A stretch of DNA of 64,000 nucleotides from Psammoneis japonica (taxonomy: Eukaryota): assembly GCA_008632985.1 (NCBI GenBank), contig QPGO01000013.1:310001-374000 (forward strand). Direction: 5' to 3'. The translations under genes and the position numbers were made by a program. How positions within the stretch are numbered: position 1 is the first letter of the stretch; every line of letters starts with the position of its first letter. Below the pieces are notes generated by a model that worked only from the letters and a program-made list of their open reading frames with translations, ran no database searches and was not told where the DNA came from. This document shows, piece by piece, positions 35,187 through 47,100 of this stretch.

Positions 35187-38100
35187 CACACAGTGGCAGC
35201 TGCTGCAGCTGCTGCACAGCTTTGATCTTCTTGCACTTGCACCCTGCTGCTGCATGCCTTGACAACTTTCATTTTTGGGAAGGAGCACATGCATGTGTGG
35301 TGGACACAACCTGCTGCTTCCCTGTGGTTGGACATGCCTCTCCACTTCCCACCAGCACAGACCCAGTCCTGACCCTGTGATTTTTGACCCATGGCTTTGG
35401 CAACAACAAAACGAACTTTCACCTTGTGATGGTGCACTGTGACACACTTGATGTCCTCAGGAGTGAGCAGACCTCACATTGCAACCTCCTTTGTGCCTTC
35501 TGGTGTGCAGGCAAGCCAAAAAATCTTGGCACTTCTGTGTGTTTCTCTTGGTTTTTTGTCTTCAGGAGTTGCTGCGCTGTCCACTGATGACCTGCTGCTG
35601 CACTTTTTCCTGGTCTTTTGTTGGGTCATGGCACTGGACATCAAGGGTGAAGCCAAGGTGGCACCTGGCCTGCAAAAAAAGCTCCCCAAGAACTTGCATT
35701 TCAGCTGAAGAAAGGTGAGCAGCCTGGGCTCCAGCGGGAACTTTTGGCTCACCTCAGCAACAGTCTGCTGCAAGGAGAAGCAACACCTTCTCTTGAGGCT
35801 GCAACAGCCACATTCCAGACACACACAAACTGCACACCACCACATGCATCATGTGACAACAGGAACCCATGATCAAACATGTTTGTGGTGTGTGGAGACA
35901 AGTGAAAATGTCCTCACAAAAGATCAGCGAGGTGCTCAAATGTGCATTTTACATGGTGGTGGCAGGATTGACACAATGGCGCTGTCAGCTGGGCTTCACG
36001 ACAGCGCCAGCATGCAATGCCAAATGCAACACCCAATGTCCTCCATTCCAAGACAGTCTCAGATGCACACAAGACTTGTTCTGGGGCTGTTCTCAGGACC
36101 ACAAACATGCATGACTGGACTGAACAACTCTCAGCAGAAAATGAAGAATCTCTTGCCATAATTTCCATCTGGCTCCCAGTTGCAGAAGTTGCAGCTGTCA
36201 CTGTGTGGATCACTCAGCACTGCTCCAGCAGCACCAGAACCCACTTTTTACAGGGTCAAAGTCTTGTGGAAGTTGGCTGAACACACACTGGAGTGCCAGC
36301 CAATGACCTGGTGTTGCCTTGTCAAAATTCTCAGATGGATCTGTGCTGGGGACAAGCTTCTCAAATTTGTTGACCAGCAAAATGCAAGCATCATGATGTG
36401 CTTGCCATGAACCAAGAACAGCTGCTTGCTGGCTGTTTTGTTTTTTCTTGCAGTCACAGCTGACAAGCCCTGTTCACCATTTGTCAGCCCTGGCAGCAGT
36501 GCAGGCTCTCTGGCATTGAGTCATCCAGCAATGGCTGGAGGAAGACCTGAAGTTGTGTTGCGTTTGCCTTCCAAACCTTTTCTTCAAGGCAGCCAGCAGT
36601 GGGTGAAGCCAACCACTGGAAGAAAAGCTTGACTGGCTCAGGCAGAGTGGGAGCTGGATGTGCTGAAGCACCTGCCCATGTGATGCTGCTTGCAAGCTGC
36701 CATTTTGTGTGGTTGTTGGGCTGTGAGAGCTGCAACAATGGCGCAACATGCAGCCTTTAAGTGTCTGTTGCTGCCTGCTGACCACTGCAGAGCTGCTTGG
36801 CATTGACAACAAGACAAAGCCACTCCACCAGTGTCATGGGAGAATGATCTCTTGTGCAACAAGATGTTGCTGGGCATTGAGGTCACTTGCCTGGAAGATG
36901 TCACAGCAGCTGGTGATGGCAAGGAACAAGAACTGGGCAACATCAGCAATGGCAACTCTGGTCAATCTAGACCAGACAAATGAGGCTCCCTGCCACTGGC
37001 TGTAAAAGGCTGACAATGGCCAGGACAATGCTGCTCTCTGCTGCAGGATTGAGTGGGGGTGCCAGAAGGAACATGCCAAGTTGAGGATGTGAGCAAACTG
37101 TGTGGAGTGGAGGGAAAGGATGAGACCATCATCCCATTCAATGAAGTTGAAGTGATGCTTGTGCTGGGCTTGCCACATTGTTCTTGGTTCCAATGACTCT
37201 GATGACAGGGAGCTTGCAAAGAAACAGGGGGAAATGCACGTGCAAGTGCTGAGGGTGTGCAGAGCAGACAAAAAAGAGTGGCAAAAATCACTTCAAGAAG
37301 CACAGGGCCAGCTCTCACAGCTGACAAGCACCAGACATGGGAGAAGCTCTGCAAGAGACTGTTGATGCTGTCTCTGGTGCTTGGCCTCCAAACAATGAGG
37401 ACAATGTCAACAAAAAAGAGTGTGCTGCTGATGTCAGGCCAGTCTCTGTGAGAGCTTGAGGAGGTGCAGCTTCCCCACATTGAGTTGTGTGCAGCCACAG
37501 CTTGTCATGCAGTCAAGATGACAGAGCAGATTGTTGCACTGGGCAGCTGTGGTGTGCAGCCATCACTGCTTGCAAGCCCAATGTGCAGCAAACAAAGAAA
37601 TGGCAGCCATGCAATGGCAGCTGGCAACCACAACAGCACAAATTGGCAACTGAGAAAAAGTTTATTTTTGCCAGGCACACTTGTGGAACAAGCAAGAGCT
37701 GCTGGACACAATGTCAAACATGACTTGGAGAAATGGTCAACATGCACACATCTGCAAGAAGAACTCAGAAAATCTGATGGCATTGTCGTCACAACCTGCA
37801 CAAAACAAGCAGGATTTGTGACATGGAGTGTTGGAGCACCAAACACCCAACTCCCCACCCCTCTGATGTGCCAGCACCAGCTGTTTCTGAGACACATTGA
37901 GAGCTTGCTTTTGCTTGGCTTTTTCATCATCAAGGCAAGTGCAGCTGTGATGTGAGCTCCCACCACAGTGCCCAAGGCCCAAGCTGGCAGCATGTGTTGG
38001 CAGACATGGTCTTTTTTTGTGTGTTAGATTTTCAAAGAAAAAAGAGTGCCGCACCTCTGGGAAAAGGTTTGCTCTTGCAGATCCTCAAGGTGGCCCACAT

Positions 38101-41100
38101 TGGAGCTCACATGCTAGCATTGGCGGGAGGCTTGTGCTGCTAGATGCCACAGAGCTCTCTCACCAACCCCCCCTCTGTGCACACATGTGAGAGGTTGCCC
38201 CCCTTGGCATCAGCAAGGGGGTTCCCTTGATGCAACACATCAAAAGCAGAATTTTTGTGGTTGTGTGAGACCAGCTCTCCCCCATGGTGAGAAGAAACTC
38301 TCTTGTGCAACTGCTGACACCACACCCCTCTGTGACCCAGCTCTCTCCTCCAGTCAAGCATGTGCAGCTGCTCATTTTCAAATGTGGTGTTTGCGTCAAT
38401 TCATTTTCTTCAGCAAATGATCAACTCTCAACCATCTCCAATTTGTGCTGCATTTTTCCATGGCCAGCAGAAAATTGCTGGCTGCTGGCCATGTCATTGC
38501 ACACAAGAATGGAGCCATCCAGCACACCCTCATCTCAAATGTTGTCTGGTGTCATCCAGACAGGCCAACCATGATCATTTGCTCCCATTGTGGCTTTGTT
38601 CTTCTTGTTGGAATCCCTGCTGCTGTGTGCTTCTTCAATTGTTTTCATTCATGCTGTTGCTTGGGTTTCTTGCATCAATGAGCTTGCTCTTGTTTTGTTC
38701 CTCTTGCCTTCTTTTCACTTGGGTGAGTGTCATCATCACCACAGAGGCTGCAGGCAGATGGCAGCATGCTTGTTTTGGTGCATGCTTCCTCACCTGCACC
38801 CAGCCTGCAACACATGCATTGACTTCTGGTGTGATGCCAGCTCAAATGAATGAGTTGCAATGTGAAAGAGCTGGTGAGTCAAATGCAAATGAAGGAAGTG
38901 AAGTTAAGTGCAGGTTAGAAAAGTCATCTTTGACACACACCTGAATGTCAGAAATTTCCACTGTCACAAAATGACTGCTGAGCACAGACACAATCAACAA
39001 ACATCAAATGGAACAGCTTGCCACACAGCCCAAGTCTGCTTTTCCACATTGTGTTGTTCTCATTTGCACGAACCCGTTTGCCTGAGAACTGAGAAGCACC
39101 ATCCACAAATTTGCATCAACAAATGTTTTGACACACCAGCAATGGAGACCAGATTGTTTGATGACAAAAATGTGACCGCTGGATTTGTGTGTGTGTCATT
39201 TTTCATTGCCTCTGTTGTCAAGCACAACCTCAACTCCTTTTTGACTGCCAGCCAATGAACTTTGATTGCTTGTTGCTCATGAGCAATCAAAGTTGATTTT
39301 AAAAAGGGCACAAATGCACCTTGTGTGAGAGGTTGCACTGGCTCTTGAATTTTTGGCATGATGGAGCACAACGTCAAGGTGGTCACCCCCCACCAGAGCC
39401 AACACCTCATGTTCCTTTGTCATTTTTTGCCTCAAAGACGATGTGCTCCATGTTTTCAAAATCATTGTCATCAAGTTCTTCCCTGATGAGGACTGTGGTG
39501 GTTGCTCTCTTGCTGAACTTTGTTTTGGTCCTGCGTTGTTGCTTGCATCAGAGCTTGTCAGCACAAAAAAGTGGTTTCTTGTGGCTTTGGGAGTGTTTGC
39601 CTTGTCAGGCATCAGGGCCGCATCATTGCAAGGGCTCGTGCAGGGAGCCACAAAGTGCGTTGATCCATGAGATGTTTTTGTTGCAGTGTGGCTGCCAGGC
39701 ATGTGCTCTTCTGTCAGTGGGCGCAAATGCATGCTTGTCATTGTCTTGGTGTCTGCCAAGCATTGTCTGGTCTGCAAAAGACCTCAATTGAAGCAAGCAG
39801 CATCACACCTCTCCTTTCTCTCCCCCCCCCCCCCCCATTGAAAAATCTGGTTGCTGCAATGAAGGATTTGGTGCATCATGGTTCAAGGAAAGGAAGCAAG
39901 AGAAGGCCAACTTGTCACAGGAGGCAGAGAAGAAGCACAGCAGAGAGGAGAAGAGGAAGGAGAGAGAGGGCAGATGGCCACTCTGATGGGAGAGAGGTCC
40001 TGCCCTTGTAGCCAGTGGCAGCTGGCAATGGTGCGGAAGCAATTGCAGCCATGGCAACAAACCAAACTGGTGTGCAAATGCAACAATGCAAGGAGATGAA
40101 ATGCAGAAAGAAGTTGCACAGGTGCAGAGGATGGGTTGCAGGTGGCAAGAGATGTGATGAAAAAGGCATGAGGAAAAGCAAATGACAAGAAGGGTTGAGA
40201 ACAAAACCACGGGCAAGAATGTTCGTGCTTCAAAGTGGGGTGAAAGCTGGAGCCCACCGAAACTTGTAAACTCAATTGGTTCTTTGCCAATGTTCAAAGA
40301 AAGACTTGGCTCACAAGTTCACAATTGTCTGGGATTGGAGTCAAGAAATGCCCAGATTGTGACAGGTGGTCAGACCCAGATCATTGGTGTCCCAGATGCA
40401 CAACAAGGCACACTTTCAAATGGCAACAGACCCACAGTCAAACTGACCCACCAACCAACCGGCCAACACGAACAAAAAGTCACAATCACCAACCACTGAG
40501 TGTCAATGAAAACTCCAACTGCACTGCCAAACAAAGCAGAGTTCTTCCAACCCTGAAGCCCGTGCCAGGCCCAATGCAGACAATGGCTGCCACATGTGCC
40601 TGCTGCTTTGCCTCTGTCTCCAAACTCATTTGGTTTTGCCCATTTGGAGATTCCCCAAAATGGCAAGGGCAAGGGGAATTGCCTCACCCTTTTGGGAAAT
40701 GCCCAGGAAATGAGAGCAATTTAGCGGGAAGGAACAACTGAAAGGGTTCAGGGGAAGGAACCAAAAATGAGTGCAGTGCGGCAACCCCACTTGATTTGGC
40801 TTGGGCAGGTGTGCTTTTTCCTTGTTTTCATCCAGCCGTGGCTGGGCGACGACCATGATGGATGCATCAACAAATTGACACAAAGTGGCCCCTTGTGGCA
40901 GAGCAAGGGAGAACAAACTTTGCCATTAAATCATGCACATTGACATTGCTCACATGCAGCTCCATTTGTGCCCCAGCCCAGAGCCCAGCTCCCACAAATT
41001 GTCATTGTTTGTGTGCTGTGGAATTTGACAGAGGGAGGGAAGGGCAAATTTTTAGGCAGTGAGCAAAACATTTGTGAGGGCAGGCATTTGCAGTGCAGTG

Positions 41101-44100
41101 CTGCACATGGCTGAATTCTTCACACTCCACAAAGACATGTGACTCCATTTGCAGGCACTGGCATGAGTTTTTGCATTCAAATCATTGAAATGGTGAATGA
41201 CCGTTTCACAGTTCTGGTGGACCCCACGAAAACCCACAGCACAAGCACTGTACAATCCTCAATTGAGGAAAATCCCGGTGGACCAGACATTTTAAAGTGC
41301 TTCTTCATGTGTGATGTGAGAACACTCCACGGCAGTCTCTGCTCTTTCTTTTTGTGCAATTTTCAAGACCGTCATTGTTTTTAATTTAAGCTTTTTCCGT
41401 TCAGATTTCAAAAAATCCGGATTGATTGTTCTGGCCATTTTTTCAGGCAACGCAAATCGCCCGCATCCCGCATTTGCTTTCGGTTGCCTCAAGCCTCAAG
41501 TGAAACAAGACGTGGTTGCGACCATGTGCAAAGCCGATGAAGAGCCGAAATCAACCAGTGCGGTTTTCAAACCACCTCTTTCACCAGAGATGTCACAACG
41601 AGAACTAAAGATCATCAAGTTGAATGACCGAGTTGACAAGATTGCTCAAGGGGCCACAAAAGAGGCCAAGAAAAACGGAACAGAGCTCAAAACGCAGTTT
41701 GCACACACCCAGAGAAAGAAAACCTTTGTCAATGCAGGATTGCCGATCTGCATGCGACATCATGCCTGGTTGGTGTGCACATGCACCTTCCTGGCTGCTG
41801 GAATGATTGCCTGCGGTGTGACCCGAGCAAACCCCCAGAACAATCAACCCAATTCAGTTAATTGCAGTTGGTTGCAATTGCAAATCAATTGCAGCATGTT
41901 CACCTGTTCCTCAACGCATTGGTTTGATTTGTGTTGTGCTTGATTTCTGCACATTGCATGCAAAAAATTGCATCGCTTCTCAGCACAAAAACGATGCAGG
42001 TTTCTACACGGTCATGAAGCAATGGCGGCATCTTGCTCTGCTTCTCCCAACACAATGCGATCTGCACCCATTTGTTTGTTGTTGTTGCCGTTGAGTGCAG
42101 CACGTCATGTTGCATGAAGGAAAACAAGGATCTCTGGGATGTCAGTGATGTGGTTGAAGCCATCAAAAAGAGGCTGGAGAAAAGCAAGGAGAGCTGAGCA
42201 TCCAAGAAGATTGAAGAGGAGGCCCTCATCATTGCAGCCATGGTGGCTATGGTGGCATGTGATGATGACGAATCTCAGCAGCAATTGCTTCATCACAATT
42301 GTGCAATTGATTGCAATTTAATTGCAGCCTCTCCAGCCCCAGCTGCAATGAATGGAACCTCCAGTGTTGTTGGCGGGAAATTAAAAAATGAAATTTTCTG
42401 GGGGTTTGGACCCAAGTCCACCCTCTGATTGGCAATCTTGTCCATTGTTTTCATGTGTTTTGAGTGCAACATGCACTCAGGAATCCTTCACGTCATGTTT
42501 GATCTCCCCAAAACATCGATGCACCAGTTCCAGGACAAGTCTGCTGCCTTAATTCCAATGGCATCATTTCATCGCCAATGATCTGGTGCACAAGGACTTT
42601 GTCGACACCTGTGGTGACCTCAATGTTGTTGCAGCCATCTTTTAGCATCAACCTGATGCTCCCAGACTTCAGCAAAAGCAGTGTTGCCAAGATTGTGTTT
42701 GGCACAAAGATCCTGATGGGACACTTTGGTCAACACACTCATTGCAGTGGTCATGCCATTGGTGCAAGTCTGTCATCCCTGGCAAGATTTTTGCAAAAGT
42801 GCGGCCTGATGATGTCAACCAAGGATTGCTGGATGCACCATCAAGAGCCCCATGACTCCAATTTCTGCAACATCAGTTGCTGCAACCCAGTCATTCATTT
42901 TCTAAGAAAGACCATGCTCAATGATTTGGCATGGATTGTGCTCTTTCTTGTGTGGAGCATCTTCATGATCAAAGTGCCAGTCATGTTCATGGAAATGGTC
43001 TCTTGACATTTTCTTTCTAAAAGCAACAGGCATCTTTTCCCATTGTCTGCCCACCCTAAAGCATTGTTCTGTTCTGTCCATGTGCAAGATGAAACAGAAT
43101 TGTTGCACAGTTGACATTAAAAACACACAGTCGTCATAAATCCATGTGATGACTGAGGTGTCACAGTGCAAGTGCCGGCATGACAACAACTGTGAACATG
43201 CCTCACGGGTGTGGCAGCCACAATCTGCAGCAGACAATGAACTCTGTGCAGAAGTTACAATGTGTGGCATGTTCATGCAAAAGGACCAGTGGGCATTTGC
43301 GATGGCCAGCAGTTTGATTCTCTAAAAGCCAAAACACTGAGTGTCATTCTTGAGCAGGCAACCTGTGTCATTTTGATTGCATGGACTGTCTTGCACTGGC
43401 CAGTGGATCTCTTTTTGTGGAAAAATCCAATGCCAGATCAGAAAGCTTTGCTTCATGAGCCAAGTTTTTTGTTGTGTGATGGTGATTCACTGTGCAGCTT
43501 TTGCCAGTGGCATGTGTCAATGTCTGGCTGGTGACATGCAACCAACTGTGGCTGCTGGTGCATTCCTCTCTTTGGCATTCTTTCCTTTGCAGCCAGCACA
43601 CCCACATGTGACTGTGTGTGCTTGGGTGGACAAGGAAGAGCTGCCATCCACAGGGTGTGCTGCAAGACTTGGGCATGTGGCCAATGTGCAAATGCCACAA
43701 GAAAAACTCTGAAAATCCAGTGGCATTGCCATCACAAACCCAGACAAAATTTTGCCCCTGCCAGCTCTCTCAGAGATGCTGGGCTTTTGTTGGTCATGCT
43801 TTTGTTGCAATCATCATCAAGTGCAAACTCTCACACATGGCACTCACAAAGCCCCTCCTCAGCAAGCTGCACATTGTGCCCCTTGTTCAGCTTCAGAAGA
43901 AAACAATGGCACCTGGCAGGGCCCTTGTTGTCTTTCTTCAAGGAATGCAACACCCTGCTGGGAAACCATGCAGAGCTGAGAAGTTTGATCTTGCCAGGTT
44001 CTCAAGGTGGTGAATGTGGGAGCTCATGACATGCTCTCCCAGCTCTCTTGAACACCCCTCTCATGAGATTGTCTCTTTTTGGATCAAAGGGACAGGGGAC

Positions 44101-47100
44101 CCAGGTTTTTCTTTAATGCACACATGGCAGAAAGCAGTTTTTTGGCATGTTGCATGAGATGATGCCACATGATTGGCAAGAACAGCTTCTGTTGTGCACA
44201 AAATCATGCCAAAATCTTCTGCTGGTTGCAAGGAGAGGCAGAATTTCAAAGCAACGTTTTCCAAAATTGGTCTCAGCTGGTGCATTGTGTCTTGTGACTC
44301 TCGATGATGGTGCTCATTTTGCTGTGGTGATGACATTGACAACTGCTGCAGCTTCATTGAGCAAAGAAGTTGTCTTTGCCAAGAACAAAAAAACCTGCAC
44401 AATTTCTGTGGTTTTCCCCAACCAAAGCAGCAGCAGGATGCAAACAAGAAACAATCAAAGCCACACTGCTTGGGGGCAAATGATCATGATGCAGACCTGC
44501 AAGCAAAAGAGGCAGGCAAGTGCTCCTGGCCAGCCAGCAGCGGGCAATGATCAGACCAAAAAAAGCAGCAGCAGCATCAAAAGAAATTGGATTTGGCTAA
44601 AAAACTGTCACAAGGTGCCAAGCTTCTAACTCCCACTGCACCCTTTGCTGAACAACACACACCAAACAAGTGCATGGTTTCTCACCAAAGAGCTGCTTTC
44701 ATGAACTCAAGATCATGATGGACAGTTGCCTTTTGATGCCATCATGTCCACCATCATTGACCTGAGAGTGGGGTGCACCTGTGCACAAGTTTTAATGGCA
44801 GTCTCATCAAATGGTTTTGAAGTGTCTGCACAGCTCCACATCTTTTGTTTGAGCAACACATGCCATCATCCAAATGGCACCTTTGTGAGAATGAATTTTG
44901 TCATTTGCTGAAAATGTGAGCTGCAAAGACTTTGTCTGTCAGCAAACAACTTGCAAACATGATGAAAGCTCCAAGGAAAGGATTTTTGGGCTCTGAGTCT
45001 GCTGGGTGCCAATGCACAGATTTGGAGAACATGCAACCAAATCGACTTCACACCCACTGCTTCTTGCATGGGAACTGGCACAAAGCTTTTCCAGCGAGCT
45101 GCTTGAATGAGAAAGCTGGGATAAAAACAAACCTGCATTTTCCAGTTTGTCTGCTCAAGCAGGTTCAAATCAGTGCAAATTGTGAAACTCATGACAGGCA
45201 AAAACCAGAGCCTGAGTGTGCTTCTTGCTGCCACTTGTTGCTGTTCAACTTGGGTGAACTGTGGCAACTTGATGTGTGGCGATTGACAAAGAAGCTCGCA
45301 CATTTCTCAGAGCTGGCAAAAAAGATGCAGCATCAGAGGAGCAGGAAGTGCCAGGTGTCACCTGTCAAAAGGCTGAAGATTTTAAATCTTCTCTTGCCAA
45401 ACACACTTTACAATCATGATCAAGGTCAAGGTCTGTGCAAGTTTGCACCAGCACAGACAGCCACACCTGTGCCTGTTCTTCCACCAGAAACTCTGACTCC
45501 GGCTCCAGGAAATTGCTGTCTCAGAGGAAAGGTGGAGAAGAGACACTTGCTTTCAGCAGGTTCTCTGAGATGGTCTGTCTTCAGTCTCTTAAAAAAACAC
45601 TTGCTGCCTGGACAAGCTTGCTTGCCTTAAACTGACAACTCATCCGCTGGGTGATTCAAAGAACAAAGCCAAAAACAAGAGTGGTGGCATGGATGTGGCT
45701 GATTGCAGAGCTCAAGAAGCTCAACAAAATTGCTCTCAATGCTCCAGTTGCATTGATGCTGCTGCTTTGCAAGGCTTCTCTGGAAGAGTGGTGTCAGAAG
45801 TGAGCAAGAACAATGTCAAGACACCATGGAAGAGCATCTTGGGTGCTGTGCAAGTGGCTTTTTCCATCCAGAAGAAGAACATTGTCTGTGCAAGTGGGTT
45901 GGAGACTGCTGCAACACTCTGAAGGTGCAAAACTCCCTGCCCAAAACTGTGAAAAGTGTCCAGACAACTGCCAGCTGTGGCCCACAGATGTCACAGCACA
46001 CACACCACACATGCCACATCATCTGTTGTTGCAACAACATCATGTGCCAGCACCCAGCTCTGATGACACACTTTGTGAGAACACTTTTTCTTTGTTGTCT
46101 CCTGTGAGAGATGGAGTTTTGCTGGTGCCATGACTCTTCATTTCTGTTGACTGCATCATGCTTGTCTGTCATTGATCAGCATCCTTTCAACAAACACTTC
46201 AAGAAGTTCACACCACTCCAGACAAACACAGGCTCTGCTGTTGGTGGCACATGGTCACAGATGACTCAGCACATGTTTTTTTTTTAACAAGCACACACGC
46301 TTCATCAAGTTTCACATTTAAAAATGAGGTGTTGGGGTTGGCACCAACTCCCTGTGTTTTCATCTTTTGATGGCAGGCAAGTGTGCATGTGTGATTTGTT
46401 CCTCCCTTGTTGATCAACTTCTTTGTTCTGTGTTTTTAATTTGTCCATTCCTTTCTCAGGCCACACCACTTCCAAAGATGGCAAAGCAGGTGTTGAGCTC
46501 AGTGCAAACACAACAAAAGAGAGCAACTGTGGGAAAATGTTGCCAAACACCCAACAAGAGAGGGGCTGCTGGCAATGCAATTGACACACATGACAGCCAA
46601 ACAAGAGGTCTCACTTGCTTTCAAGAAAACTGCAGAACTTTCAAAGGAGGCCAAGACACAAGTGTGTGCAAGACCACCAATGCCTGACAACTGACTGTGC
46701 CCAAGTGTTTGTGGAGCCAGCATGTGCATTTGGGCAACACACTTTGTTGTGCTACCTCATTGTGCAGCATGCCAGCAATGCTGACTGCCTTTAGAACACA
46801 GAGCAAGGCAGTCATTCACAGCTTCATCATTGTCAGCCCCATTTGCTTCAGTTGATTTGTGATGTCCACAACCACAGCCATGGTGACTGCAGGAGATCAC
46901 AAGACACAATGGATGCAATTCTCAAAGAACCACAGCAGCTGAGGACAGAATGTGAATCCAGTCAACTCATGAGCAACAGGCATGTTGATCAGCAGCAAAT
47001 GGGTGTTTTTCTGAGTGGAGTGATTGCATCTCTTGACATTCACACCAATGGCAGCATCTCTTGCTTGCTGGATGCATGGGAGCACTGCATGGAAAAGTGC

